A stretch of 59,248 nucleotides of DNA, the filler included, from Sphacelaria rigidula (lineage: Eukaryota): NCBI GenBank assembly GCA_964200075.2. It is 3 parts of 3 records of this genome, joined end to end, with 100 filler letters (N's around TTAATTAATTAA, not from the genome) between each part and the next. Parts side by side here need not be neighbours in the genome. Positions count along the whole stretch, not along the records: positions 19,789 to 39,471 come from CAXNAA020000629.1; positions 39,572 to 59,248 come from CAXNAA020000630.1; 1 more part is not named here. The stretch is one strand, 5' to 3'. Below are positions 35,731 to 49,660 of this stretch, piece after piece. The notes beneath the pieces were generated by a model. That model was given only the letters and a program-made list of their open reading frames with translations, searched no databases and was not told where the DNA came from. The first letter of the stretch is position 1, and the number at the start of each line of letters is the position of its first letter. The position numbers were made by a program, and so were the translations under genes.

Positions 35731-37210
35731 GCGGCCATTCGGCTCCTCTTTGAAAATCCTCTATCGCGGTTTTCATCGTCTAGAGGGGAAAATGGCCCCC
35801 TGAAGGATGAAATTCCCTCTGGTGGTTCATGATACCTCTGGAGTGGGCAGTAAACGAAGTCGCCGGAGGGCACATGATTCCCTTGAGCACATAATATTAC
35901 TGAGGGTGCCTCTGTGGAAATTTGGGGAAACAATACTCTCCAGAGTGGAAATTTACCTCTGGAGTTTGCACTACATCAAGCCTCTGGACGACGCTACTTG
36001 TGTCGTAATTGCCTCCAGGGCACCTTTGGGACCCCAGCAATCTTGTATAGTGTAGACGATCACCCAAGACATATATCACCCGCCGTTCACAGATCGAACC
36101 ATGCAAACCCCACAACACTTATTCCCAGCTACCACCACAACCCTGCAGCAAAGAGCACGAGTTGGGCACAGGGATATAGACACACACTGCCGTGGTTGAG
36201 TATGATGTATTTTTTGTGAGTGGAGAATTGAGCATCTTCTTTCATGGTCGCGGCATCGCGTGGCGACGGAACCACGCGGGGTATATAGGGGGGGGAATAG
36301 CCGGCTTGTTGCACACACACTCATCATGGACAGCGCAGGCAGTACAAACCTGCACATTGTTCAAATTCTTCCCACGTCGCACTGTAAGTAGAGAGCAGAT
36401 ATGGTCCTGCGCTGTCTGTACTGTACTTTTCCCGCTTCCCTTTCACGCCCTACTTGTTGTGCTCCAGTCGTGCGCATATGCTGTAAGAACGCGCGTGTAA
36501 ACCGCAGTTCCTCACGGTGAATTACACTCCCGTATATCAAAATAAGCTGCAGGCATCCACATTGTATAGCCACACGTAGCGCTTATGCCGCGCTAACTCT
36601 GCCGTATATGGCACCGCACGTATAAGCACGGTATGGCACTGTCCTGCATGGCATTGTACAGTCCAGTCCAGTTTATTGTTGTGACTATATATCTCCATCT
36701 AAGTACAGTATCAACCGCGATGAGATTTTTTCGCGTATTTAATCCAAAATTATTTCGTGTGTTGTTTCGGTAGACATTCGACCACGGGTTTTTTGTAACC
36801 TATATGTATACAGCTGCGAGGTATGTACCGACAATTCATATTCACAACCTGATTATCACAGGCGGACACTTTGCTACACCTTGTGAACACCTTCAGCAAG
36901 TGGAGACCCTATGGACAACCCTGTGAACACCTTGGGAAGGTCCAGAAGCCTCAAATCGACCTTCGACAATGTGCACGGTTTCAAAGGGTTCTCTCGACAA
37001 AGCATCTTGTGCGGGAGAACACCCTGAGAAGGCCTGAGGTATACACGCACACGATGTGCGAGGTTGTAAAGGGTCGCTTGACACAGCACCTTGTTGTGTG
37101 AGTGAACATCATGACGGGGTTTGATATATTGTGTCAACATCGGAATCCTCTGGATTGCATGTTTCTGAAATCCCATTCTTGCTAAGCATATTAGGGAGTT
37201 GTGCAGCGCG

Positions 37211-37384
37211 GGGGCTCTTCGGGGTAAATCCTCGTTTTCCCGATTCGGATTTATCTTTTTTTTTTAATGCCAAGTTGGCAAAAACGAGGATTTGAATTAT
37301 TTTGTGTCTTCAAATTCTCGTTTTGCCCAATTAGCTTTTTCAATTCCAAATAGAGAAAAACGAGGATTTATCCCGAACAGCCCC
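37211..37384. repeat. Short inverted-repeat element
   Basis: ggggctcttcggggtaaatcctcgtttt pairs with aaaacgaggatttatcccgaacagcccc; internal hairpin aaaacgaggatttgaa...ttcaaattctcgtttt. Confidence 0.65.
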
Positions 37385-39471
37385 TGCTGTAAAATCCCAT
37401 ACACTACTAGCATGTGGGAGATGTACAGCAAAGGATTCTCGGAAGTCCTCGTATTGCCCGCCATTTTCACCTGAAACTGGGCGAACGGAGGACTTGCGAG
37501 CAGCCTCTGCTTCCCAAATCCGACATACTATGCTGTTGCCAGCGTATGACACTCAAACTGCGAAGATTGTCGAGAGCTCGTCTTGCCTCCTAATCAAATT
37601 AGTTGGGCAGGACGAAAACTTTTCGACAGCCCCTTCTATTGAAATTCCGTAGACGGATTGCAAGTGAATGTCCCAACAGTATATACATCGCTCAACTGTT
37701 GATGACTGCCGATTGACGTTACCCTGACTAAGTAATTTGGTGGGATTTGAAAAGCCCGCAGTCCGCTGTCTACCAATCGTACTTTGCATCTGCAGGGTAA
37801 ATACACAGCATCTTTTTCACGCGATTTGGATTCACTAGAGCCTGAAACTGAGTGGTTTTTTTCCAACGTAAAGAGGCCCTATTTCGGGAGCAATGTCTAT
37901 AGTACAACGCCCAAATTGATTGTTTTGAGCTCAAGGAAAATGTGAAAATAGAAAATAATATATGTGCCACATATATTGCGATGCTCATCAACTCCAGCAT
38001 CGCGGTGAGGCTGACACATGGTTTGTTGCAAGTGGGGTGTATAGCGCTTAGTTTCACGAAGTACAGAGTACTTCGGACTTCCGAATAAAAAAAGGAGACA
38101 ACAGGTCTGTAGTAGCCCTTGACGGCACAAGGCGTGAGCACCCTTCATTATTGATCATAGGATAGCCTTCTTGACAAGAACGAAACGGAAGAAACAGCAG
38201 CCCCAAACGTGTATCAACACCGCATCTGCTGACGCAGCAGGCCCAGCAGTACCACCACGGCCGGGGTCTGCTGGCGGGCTGCCAGACGTGAAAAACCTTC
38301 GCATCGTTCTAATGGTCTCCTGCTGTGTGCTGCGTGTGCTTTGTGTGGTGTGTGTTCTTTTCTTTGAGGCGGCGTGGCGGCGTCATTTGGATGGGTTTCC
38401 GCTGGTTTTTCAGGCGTATTGTGGGACGTACGTAAGTTGTGTATGTACTAGCGGTACTGGCTGCCCGTTTGCCAGTTTTTAGAAACTGGCCAGTTCTCAA
38501 GAACTGGCAGTACGTACTGGTTCAGTACCCAACCCTATTGATAGAGGTACGAGTCAGTAACTCTTCGATTGGTAGACAACAGACTACGGAGCTTTTATGA
38601 CTCGTGTCCATACAATTACGAGTTATATACCGACATTTCATATTCACCACAGCCGCATCTAGAGCTTAATGCTCCAGGGTACAGCCGTGTGGACATACGC
38701 CTGCAATTAGTGTAGTCTCTGGGATTTGGATACAGCGGAGGCTGTTGAAGAGCTGTATCCCTTCGCCCAATATATACATGAATTAGGGGACAAGAGAATG
38801 ATTTTTCAACAATTTCTGCCGCCTCTCGAATCTCATCCGCTGATCACGGTGTAGTATGTGGGACTTGAACAGCAGAGGCTGCTCGTAAATAAGTCCTTTT
38901 TTTGCCCAATTTCAGAATGAGTTAGCGGACAAAATGAGGATTTATTCGAACAGCTTCGCTGCTGCATACAAACCCCATCTGCCAGTGTGTATGGGATTTG
39001 TACAGCCCCTGCTGTTCAAATTCAGGATTTCCACAGCACAAGTGCCTTCGAGAATAGTCCAGAGGATTTCGATATTGACATAATCCTTCCAGATGATTTC
39101 GAACGCTCAAGATGAGGTGCGACCTTTCCAAGGTCAAGACCTTGCAAAGGTCTGAAACCTTCGACAATGTCCACGGTTGCGAATGTACCGCCTCATGTAC
39201 ACCGCGGCGAGAGCAAAGTGTCCACCTGCGTACGGTGCAGTATGTGGGACTTGAACAGCACAGACTACTCGCAGTTAACAATGTTTTCGTGAAATGAAGA
39301 GGTGAAGATGCAAATGAGAGCGAGAAAGTTTATCCGAACCGCGCTAACGGGGACCTTTTGAATTGTTCCACGACACTTTGGGTTGTAGTATAACAAGAGG
39401 CTATTTGACCCTTGGTGCAGACGTACTCAAAGTGTGAGTAGAGTAGTTGTTGCTCCATTTCCCGTCCTCCA

Positions 39472-39571
39472 NNNNNNNNNNNNNNNNNNNNNNNNNNNNN
39501 NNNNNNNNNNNNNNNTTAATTAATTAANNNNNNNNNNNNNNNNNNNNNNNNNNNNNNNNNNNNNNNNNNNN
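39472..39571. other. Assembly gap with artificial TTAATTAATTAA linker
   Basis: Same 100-nt N-linker-N block as 19689-19788. Confidence 0.95.
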
Positions 39572-41565
39572 CAATTTCAAAACAGATTGTTCATCTCATG
39601 AACATGCTGTTGGAGGCACTCGATACGTTTGATGCCCTGCGTGCAGGGCCATCTTGTGAAAAGTCCATGTTGTGTCCTTATGTACAGGACCACCCGACCA
39701 TGTTGTGCATACATTAACCAAGTAAAGTATCGGAGAACTGTTCCAGAGGGAATACCACGACCGCTGCCATAACAGCAGAAACCCATTAACCGCGAGAGTA
39801 GGTCATCAGTAGGTCATTTGGGCCATGTGGTCATTTTCAAGTGGACGTGATGTTGGTTCAACAGGTTACCTTCACTGCCGGTCACAGGGTACTTACACCG
39901 CCGGAGGTGGTCCATTTGTGAGTGAGCATAATGTCCGATCCTTTTTCAAGGGAAACTGATGCCAATCCACAAATGAAGCACCTTCGGCGGTCAAAGGGTT
40001 GACGCTCAGCATCGTTTCAGAAGAGCTTTACCGGCTGATAGTATTTTCGATGTTTTTGACGGAAGGTGTCGTGCATGTGTCGCCGATGTTCAGCTTCCCA
40101 GAACAAGCATGCTTGTGTCCAGGGAATATCCAGGGTCTTGCAGCATGCCTAAATAATCGTGGGGTTTACCATTTTGATAGTTCTGATTGGTGGAATGATC
40201 CACTTAGTTTCCCTCGAAAACGCTCAACGTCGTCCACCCGGAAGTGAAGCTGCATGTTTTAGGGTTGGGTATTGAACCAGTACGTACGTTCAACTCTTCG
40301 AACCTGGTGGTTTCCTGAGGTCTGGCTGAGGGGCTGTCAGTATTGCAAGTAAATATCCATATATTACGTATTTCCCATGTCGCGCCTCACGAACCAACGG
40401 AAACCCATCTACTTGCGCTGAGCTGGAGAGAGAGACAACACACGCGTGCGCGCTCACAAATATAGCGGGGGTGGGGGTAAATCGTGAGAATGATGGATAA
40501 TTTTGCTACTGCTCCGCATGGTAGCCCCCTGACAGTGTCCCACATATGATGACAGCAGGTTTGATGATTCATACTTTTGCTTCAAACCCACTTTTTAGTT
40601 TCCATTTCAGCTTTGGCCTTTTGCACAGCGGTATGGTTTTCAAAACCTGGGGAGATGACCGAGCGAGTGGGCGCAGTCGCTGCACAACTCGGAATACTTT
40701 GAACCTTTCACAGAGGCCACGAAGTGACTCTCTGATCTCAGTAGGGTTTTGCCCAACGGGTTCAGGTCGGTGCAGCTAATTCCATCAATCTTTGTAGCAC
40801 AGTCCCCTTAAAAACGTGATTCTAATGTTGGTTTATCCGCACAAACCTTCCGTTGTATCGTCTTTGTTCGCGGAGTGTGTCATATAGATTGACAGCTGAT
40901 GTCATGCAGAGGCTTACAAGGCCACCCCAATACCTCTTGCAGTGCATGAAATACACACCCGCTTTCGAGTTGCCCCGTTGAAAAGTTCAGCAACGTCGTG
41001 ACACTTCTCCCAAGCCACGACAAGAATGAAAACGTTTTTGCTGGCACTGTCCAGCGTCAAAAAACCACTGACACCCATCCACTCGCCCGTACAACTATGT
41101 GCTGAAGTATATCGTGTATTTGGTACTGTACAGCTGACTATGTCCATATTGCTACATGGCTTTTAATTTTACAAGTCGTTTTCAATAGGGCTCTAATCTG
41201 CAAGCCCTGAGTTTTGTTTCTTGGGGTATACATCAATACGCCAGGTCCAATGTCTACGGCTGGGCAAGCTTTTACATCGGTATTGTGCTTCATAGACATT
41301 CTACAGCACGCTCATTCTGTTGTTGTACTCTACTACTGATAGAGCCGTATTCGCTTCCGATCCCCACCGTAATAGTGTAGAAGACGTCCTGTTCGATGCC
41401 CTCATCTTGGGAATAAATTTGTAATTGTTGAAGTCAGTTTTCATGTAGTGTCGTTTTAGTTGAGCGCAGATAGCTGCTGTTCTACCGGCTCATGTGCAGC
41501 AGTAGGAACGGCATCTGTTGCCGCTTTCACGTGTGGCTCACCAACCACTTTCTGTCGTTTTGCAG

Positions 41566-43483
41566 TTGTGCTACTGCAAGCAGCTACTTGTCGAAGGAGC
41601 ACTACGCGGAGAAGCTGACGGCAGCCGTGAGGGAAAAAGAATGCACCTATGACGGCTGCTCCATGAGGCCGTTTTACGGTTCTCTAGGCTACACGGCAGA
41701 GTTCTGCGTCAAGCATGCCAGGGCCGGAATGGTGAACGTTGTGAACAAGAGGTGCGGCGAAGAGGGCTGCGCTGAGCAGGCGTCGTATGGTGTAGTGGGG
41801 AGCACGAAGACGGATTTCTTCTCCAAGCATGCCAGGGAGGGGATGGTGAGCTTAGTGCACAAGAAGTGCTGTCACGAGAGCCGCTGGAGGCAGCCGTGGT
41901 AAGGCCTACCGTGAAGCATGAAGGCGGAGTTCTGCTTCCAGCATGCCAGGGCCGGAATGTGGACGTCGTAAGCGAGAAGCGCAGAGAAGAGCGCCGCTAC
42001 TTCCGTCCGTCGTAATGTGTAGCGGGAAGTACGGAGGCGGAGTTCAACTAACGTGCTAGGGCGGGAATCGTGCGTGTGGTGACTAAGAAGTGCGGCGAAG
42101 AGTGCTGCTACATCCGTGCGTCACATGATGTAGCGGGGGGCACAAGGCCGGAATTCTGTCGACAACACGCAAGGGCGGAAATGGTGAATGTGGTGAACAA
42201 AAAGTGCGACCACGAGGGCTGCTCCAACCAGCCGTCGTATGGTGTAGTGGGGAGCACGAAGGCGGAGTTCTGCTCCAGACACGCCAAGGCGAAGATGGTG
42301 AATGTCAAGCACAAGAAGTGCGGCCGCGAGGGTTGCTGTAAGCAACCTTCGTACGGCGTAGCGGGGGGCACGAAGGCGGAGTTCTGCTCACAGCATGCCA
42401 GGACTGGAATGGTGGACGTGAAAAACAACAAGTGCGGCGATGAGGGCTGCTTTATGCGTCCGTTGTATGGTGTAGCGGGAAGCACGAAGGCGGAAATCTG
42501 CCAACAACATGCTAGGGCGGAAATGGTGGACATCATGAACGAGAGGTGCGGCGAAGAAGGCTGCCCCAAGCAGCCGTCGTATGGTATAGTGGGAAGCACG
42601 AAGACGAAGTTCTGTTCCAAGCATGCCAGGGCGGAAATGGTGAACGTGGTGAACAAGAAGTGCGACCACGAGGGCTGCTCCACGCAGCCATCTTACGGTG
42701 TAGCGGGAAGCACAAAGACAGAGTTCTGCTCCAAACATGCCAAGGCGGGAATGGTGAATGTGCGACAGAAGAAGAGTGGTCGCGAGACCTGCTGGAAGCT
42801 GCCTTCGTATGATGAAGTGAAGAGTACGAATGCGCAGTTCTACTTCCAGCATGCGACGGTCGAAATGGTGAGTGTGGCGGACAAGAAGTGCAGCCGCGAG
42901 GGCTGCCCCAAGCCGCCGTTGGGTGGTATAGCTAGAAGCACGAAGGCGGAGGTCTACTCTATCCATGCCGGGATAGGGATGGGGCATGTGAAGGAAAATA
43001 AGTGCAACAACGAGGCGTGCTCCAAATGGGCTATCTGCAACAAGCATAATGTTGACGAGGCATTTTTTCTACAAACAGCATGCTATCGCCTACAACGCAA
43101 CTGCGATGTCCGACGCCGTAGAGATCAACACTAAGGTGGCCACCTCAGGTCGTGGCCCGACGAAGGGTAGTGGAGGAAGCGTTGCTGATGTACGAGGAAC
43201 GAAACGTAAATGTGCAGTACTCTCGGGTTCTGGTGCAAGCGACGGCGTTGGAGCTCCCCGTAGTGGGCACCCCGATCTTGAGCAGGGTGCAATAACACGA
43301 CTGTTGTCCTCAAAACACCTACCCCCACTGGGTGATGGTGAGGTGTCTTTCGAGGCAAGGGCAGGAGCAGGAACGAATATAGAGCTGACAGTCCCTCCTC
43401 CTACACAGTATGGCGATGGGGTCAGAAAGTATCTTGAGCAGGCTACCCCTTCGGGTGATTGGAGCACACTGCTGCCGAGATAG
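41566..43483 (+). pseudogene. EsV-1-7 cysteine-rich repeat gene (~13 tandem 38-aa repeats), disrupted
   Basis: Repeat consensus CxxEGCxxxPSYGVxGSTKAEFCxxHARAGMVNVxNKK (114 bp). Acceptor ttttgcag at 41565; stops at 41900, 41912 and ~42013, frameshifts at ~41958 and in the T-run at ~43063. The stretch 42070-43060 is open. Confidence 0.88.
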
Positions 43484-46400
43484 CCCCCCCCAAACCGACC
43501 AAAAACGTGCACAGAGGTGATGATCATAACTGCCGTTAAAGCTGGTTTCGTGCTGCACGACGCGACTGATTTGGGCATTATAGCTGGTTTCGGACTGCTA
43601 CACGCCTATCATGTGAGTGAAATTGCTGCAAACAAGCCCAATAGTGGGATTGCAGCCGGTTCGTTGGATGGTGCCGGTGCACTTTTTGTGGGGGGGCTAT
43701 CTCGGCATTAGTCAGCAGCGTAAGTGGTAGTAATTCCATCAGCGGTGGCTGTGGGACCACGAGGCGACTCTGTGGTTCGACGGCAGTTGTATCTGGACGT
43801 CTAAGCGCGTTTGATGGTGTGATCTCCGGAGAGGTAGCTTGAAGTTAGAGCTGGGCGTATCTGGTACTATTTCTGGGATGTCTAATAGATGTTAGATGAT
43901 ACTTGTCCTTGTACCGGTCTCGTTGCGAAGATTACTCGGTGAGTAGTACACTGGCTTGTCCTCGCGTACGTCGTGAGCGGTATTGAGCAAGTGGTCGAAA
44001 TTTTTTTTCGTTATGTTGATATGAAGCAGTTCGTGAGATTTTGGGGTGCTGTTCCAACACTGCGTCACACCAGATTCTTGTTGAGGCGAAGTTATTACGG
44101 CGGTGTACTCATGATCATGCATGCTATAGGCATGATACCATTGACCCCGCTATTACGGGGGTGGTGGGCATTTCAGTAAAAATTGTGTCAAGTTTTGACC
44201 CAAATCAGATCTATGGCAGTAGTCGACCGCCCGATTAACGGTGACACTCCTGTTGGACTTGTTATTAGTATATTCGTCCAACGTCCTTGGATTAGTGCAA
44301 TACGGTAATTTCAAACACGGGTATTTTGATGATCAAGACACGGACGCCAATAGTAATCTTTTATTTTCGGCACTTGTTCATCTTACTACAGCATCTGCAC
44401 CCCGAACACGCGTTTTTTTCTTCAGAGGACCTCGGCCTAAGAGCTTTCTTATTGCCCCAGCTGAGGTATACTGGACTGTACCTCAGGCTCCGTGCTGTAC
44501 TTTTCGATACGCACGTCATCTCCCGCTTGTGGGATCTGGGAACGCATCATTATGCGGCCTCGCCACTGTGTTCAACTGGTGAAGAAACTGGGTTCGGCTG
44601 GAGTTGAGGGTTCCAAGCCCACAACATAGGACTTGTTTGTGAGAAATATATTTTTTTTGTCTACCAGAACGACAGACGCGTCGCGGGGAAGAGATAGCTT
44701 GATTCCGTGAGACTGCAGACTCGTTCCGAGGAGGAGCGGGCTGTGAAAATTACGACGGAGGGAACCACAAACATGACACCTGAAGAACTGTGGTGGGTCA
44801 TAGTAGACGACGAATCGGTGCAGCGTAGTTCAAAGTAAAGAGCCTACTCGACTCAGAACAAGGTCACAGAACCACTCCAAGGGCTTCCTCTCTCACTAGG
44901 GCTTGTAGACTTCAAGATAGATGTTTTATAAACACACAGTCTTACTTAAGGAAGTGACTAGCAGCATCTCCTCTACATGAATCATATGCCAAGCACCCAT
45001 AGTCATGCTCCAGGGTATCCAATGACCTAATTTCATGTAACTTATATCCAAAACGCTGCACAAACATCGTATCATGCACCTAGATGTGCGCTGGAGGTGG
45101 CAAACTCTAAGGTACCTTCATAACTCCGCACTACTCGAAGTAGCAAGCGAGCTCAACGAGCGTTTATGCTACCTTTGACCGTCTGTTAGTGGCACAAGAT
45201 CATGCAACATCATGCTCCACAAAATAAAGTGACCATTGGGACCATCCTGAACATCGAAAATGTTCCAATTTTCAAATTGGTTGTTGTCTCAGGCTATTCC
45301 AGATTCGGCACTAGATTTCTGTGACACAAAACAGTCTTGTTTTTTTCGGAACACTTGAATCAATCAAGGAGAACTTTCTTAAAAACAAACAAAACGTTTC
45401 GAAAAACTGCTCAAAACATGACCCCATTATATGGAGTACAGTGTACTGCATTGAACACAAGACAATTCTGCAGTGTTTTTTAGTTATAGAACCTGAAGGC
45501 TGACAGCTAACACCGCAACCCTGCAGCATTGAGCACGAGTTAAGCACAGGGATGGATGCACTGCAGTAGCTGGGTATGCTTTGTTATGTTTTGTTGGCGA
45601 AAACTTGCACGACTTCTCTCATGGTGGGCATCAGCGACAGAACGGCGTGGTACGGTGGGCAACCGAGTTGCGTGCACGCTCATAAATAGTGCAGTCTATA
45701 CAAAGCTGCACATTGCTAGAGTCATCTTCACGTTGCATTGTAAGCAGGGAGAACTGATAGTCCTGGGCTGTCTGCACTGCATGTTGCCCGCTTCTTCATA
45801 TCCTCCTGAACGAAACACGCACACACGCACTCAAGACAGCCTGCTTGCAAGCGGTGCAGACAGTACAGACTGTGTGTACTGTACACGAGTGACCATGTGC
45901 CGTGTCACGAATTTCACTGTATTTTTTTGATCGAAAGCTTGAACATCCATCTGGACCCAACTGCATCAAAACGAGAAATGTTTCGCTCAGATCGGTTCCA
46001 CCGCTCCATTTTTTCGACCGGAAAGACAGGCTCCAAGGCCACTTTGTATGGCCGCCAATCCCGAATCTGGCGGGAACCGAATCGGCGCCAAATCGAGGAG
46101 ACCGAGATTTGTGAAACTCAAATTCGTGTGTACGCCTGTATGGCTTCGCAGATATGTTGAAATTGTTTTGTACACGAACGGTCATTTTCCGGGCGCGGGT
46201 GTGGTATCACAGTGAAGCCGAAGAACAGGGAGGCAAGGAATCATCCTTCAAGAGCAGCGTCGTACCGTGGTACCCTAGGGTATACTGTTGTGAAGTATAC
46301 TGCACAATCACATGATGGTACAGTCGGTATTGCGAGAACAGTGCACAGTGTGAGACAAGAGTTCACGCGTACAGTGTCATTCATCACCCTGCAAGTACCG

Positions 46401-46854
46401 CGACAGCAGAGTGTAGGATAGTACAGTACCGTTCGTTTTGATGATACATACAGCAGTACACAGTGCAACATATAAAATTGTGATCACCACAGGTACGGCG
46501 TCAATACTACTTATCCCCGTGTCAAACCCCGTGCGGAGCTGCTCCAGCAGCCGGCGCTCGCAGGCAATGTGCTGTCACGAGACGGTCTGTTGCTGTTGTT
46601 GCAAAAATACCAAACGCCTGTTGCCCTATCATCGTACGTCAACATACATACGTCAGTTGCTACAGATTCGGGAGAACTCGGTTTTCCACGGATCTACGCT
46701 CAGATTCTTGTGAAACCGTTCTCAAATCGTTACAAATGAGTCTGAGCTTCCCCGATTTGGGCCAGATTGGGATCCATACAATGCGTTTCCGGATCTGAGG
46801 TCCCCTGATCTGCGTACAGATCCATTTTTTCGACTGCCATACGAAGCGGTCTAA

Positions 46855-47845
46855 CCACCAGTCCCACGTCCTACAGTATCGACAAGCAGTTTTGTACAAA
46901 TTGGAACCCAGATCTGCACGGAGATTGAAAACTGCGGCGGGTCTGGAAGTGGCCGTTAGTCCAAGCAGGTCCAACGTCTGTGTGATGCTGCAGACACAAC
47001 AAGGCAACACCACACCTACACACCAAGCCCCGAAAAAACACGCACAGGCACCCACCACTTACGCGCATAAGTTTCACTGCTGAGCAATGCTACGGTAGGG
47101 GTTCACTTTTTTCGCGAAATTTTGTCTGGTTCAGAGGCTCCTAACGATTCTAGACACACAAGAATATGAGTCAGGGCATCTTCGTTTGCGGATTAATTCG
47201 GGATATCCCCAGCACATTGAAATAATAGTAATCTTGGCGTGCTCTCGCATATTTTCACATGTCGTGTTTTGGATGAGATAAAGGGCTTCCTAACAATTCT
47301 AACCTCAGGAAATATTTGTGTACCCCTACCGTAGCATCCCTCTGCTAGCCCTTGCTAATCTACACACAACAGTCTTTGTTCGACAGCAAACCGAGCCGTA
47401 GCTGCTCATCAGCTGTGCACGTTCTGCGTGACCTTGCTCACATCTGTTCAGAATTCATTGATAAATGATGATTTGTGTGAGACGCGCGCGTAGCACACGC
47501 TTACAAAACGGTCAGCAACTACACGTTTTCGGTTGTTTTTGACACGCATGCAACCGCCATTCGTCCAGTACAGAACGCGTTTCTATCAAACAAAGACTTC
47601 CGTGTGTAGATTAGCAAGGGCNNNNNNNNNNGCGTGAGTGGTGGGTGTCTGTGCGTGTTTTTTGGGGGCCGGGTGTGTAGGTGTTGTGTTGCCTTGTTTT
47701 GTCTTGTCTGCAGCATTACACAGACCTTGGACCTGCTTGGACTAACGACCACTTACGTGCAGACCCGCCGCATTTCTCAACCTGCGTGCAGATCTGGGTT
47801 CGAATCTGTACAAAACTGCTTGTCGATAGGGCTGGGGACTGGTCA
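46855..47845. repeat. Two copies of a ~210-bp repeat in inverted orientation (46855-47066 and 47632-47845)
   Basis: atcgacaagcagttttgtaca...ccaagcaggtccaa...cacccaccacttacgc versus its reverse complement after the 10-N gap. Confidence 0.75.
47087..47337. mobile_element. ~250-bp MITE, copy B
   Basis: Perfect TIR atgctacggtaggggt / acccctaccgtagcat; homologous to 26900-27143. Confidence 0.85.
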
Positions 47846-48379
47846 TTATGGGGCCAATCCCCTGTGAAAAGGGGATTGTGAAAAAGGGGATAATCCCCTA
47901 CGTGAAGCCCTACACCGCGACGGGGGGTGACCTGCTGAATCGGCATCAATTTTCACTTCAAAAAACAATGCGTGACCCAGATGGAGTACCCGCTTCACGG
48001 TCTAAGGGTTAAGAAGGGCCCTAACAGCTCTAGCACTCTCTCTCCTTCACGCCGGCGGCTCAGACGCCGCCAAAGAAGGCGAGCACAATCGCTCTTCATT
48101 GAAGGCGTCTGTCTCTTCTGTCCCTTTTCCACTCCATTCCAATGTAAGAAAGGATAGCAAAATTGGAGATGCGATGCGAAGCAGACCAATCTATGAAATA
48201 AAGAAGTCCCCATCCAACTCAGTGAAGCCAATAGTTCAAAGATGATTGCCAGCAATGGCATACTCACACATTAAGCAAACGCGCCAAGCACAACACCACC
48301 TCAATCAGTGGCAATCGACAATATCATGAAATCAGGACTCAAAGCTCGACATCGTACTTTTCCTGCAGAACGTGCCCCC

Positions 48380-49660
48380 ACCATTTTTGCTTTGTCCCAA
48401 CTTACCCAATTCAGATCTACCAAACAGTGGTGCTCCTTCCACAGTAGTTTCTGACGGCTTTCATGAGTGTTCGTCCTGGCCGAACCCTACTCACTCCACT
48501 TGTACATAGATCCGTCCCCTGTCTCGTCCCCTGAAATATACCGATGATAGCCGCCATCTCGGACTCTCCTTGTGCAGAAACATTCTGGAACACCCCCTTC
48601 AGATCAGCAGTAACCCACAGCTGCGCGTCTGCATAAACTCGAGGTCGGGCGACAAGCATGCCCTGTACATTACCCGTCATCATGCCCTTAACCCCTCAAA
48701 GGTGCTGTTTTCCCGCCGTCACAATCCACCATTGGCCCGACCACGTGCTCACAAGCTTCGGCGTTGTTCCCGCAGGGCTCGCCCTTGCCACGAGCACGTA
48801 ATCGCCAACCACAATATTTGGAAGCTGCCGCTTACTAGCCACACGTCTCTACAACTCGCGATTCTTCTTGACACTCTGTGGCACCTTTTCGTGCATCACT
48901 TGCTGTTCCTCGACGAGTGACTCCACCATTCTGCTGCACAGCTTCTTCGTCAAGCACATCGACTTTGCAGTCCCCCCCACTTGACGATACCATTGTGGGG
49001 TAGGTCGCGCACGGTGCATGGCCGAACACGACATGGTATGGTGTGCTCGCACAGCGCTCTCGGGAAGCGGTGTCCAATTCTCACGAACCGCAGGCACCAA
49101 ACCCACCCAGTCACGAGCATCGCCCCTTTCCTTCTGCAACGCGGCCTTCAAGGTACAAACAATTTCATGCATCAATCGTTCACAGGTGCCATTAGACCAT
49201 GGCGAATTGGCCACCGTAAATCTTCGATCAAGCTTCAGCGCCTTCCTGATTGCTCTCATCGCACAATTCTTGAAATGCGATCGACTATCGCGCTGATCCA
49301 CACTTCCGGCGGCTCGAGTGTCTTGCACCCCTTTATCAGGTGCTTCACCATCGTCGCTGCCGTATATGACCCCGCGGGATCCAACTACACGAAGCTACCC
49401 AGGTCGTCCATCATCACCAAAACGTGCCTGAAACCGTCTCTCTCATCCGATTCACTCTCTCCCAAGGAACTACTCTCTCCAACGTAAAGGAAATCAGAAT
49501 GCATCACCTCACCATGCACCGTCTCCCCGAAGGGACGGGGGAACTTCTCCCCCGCCTTCGCATTCAAAGCGTGAAGGTACTGCTTTACAAACTCGGTCGC
49601 ATGGGTCTTCATCCAGAACCAACAGCATTGCTCCTGCAATTACTGTGAGCTGTCACGATC
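48380..49660 (-). mobile_element. Older decayed Ty3/Gypsy element, integrase core and C-terminal part
   Basis: EVMHSDFLYV, LVMMDDLGSFV, SPWSNGTCERLMHEI, TPYHVVFG; frameshifted; paralogous to the integrase at 50244-51385. Confidence 0.85.

Noticed and set aside
36870..41280. Short ORFs and partial repeats possibly from a decayed transposon
   Set aside because: No identifiable domain or termini, and the region is interrupted by a gap.
41492..43483. EsV-1-7 repeats as evidence of an integrated phaeovirus
   Set aside because: No other viral genes nearby; a spliceosomal acceptor precedes the array, and the family is widespread in host genomes.
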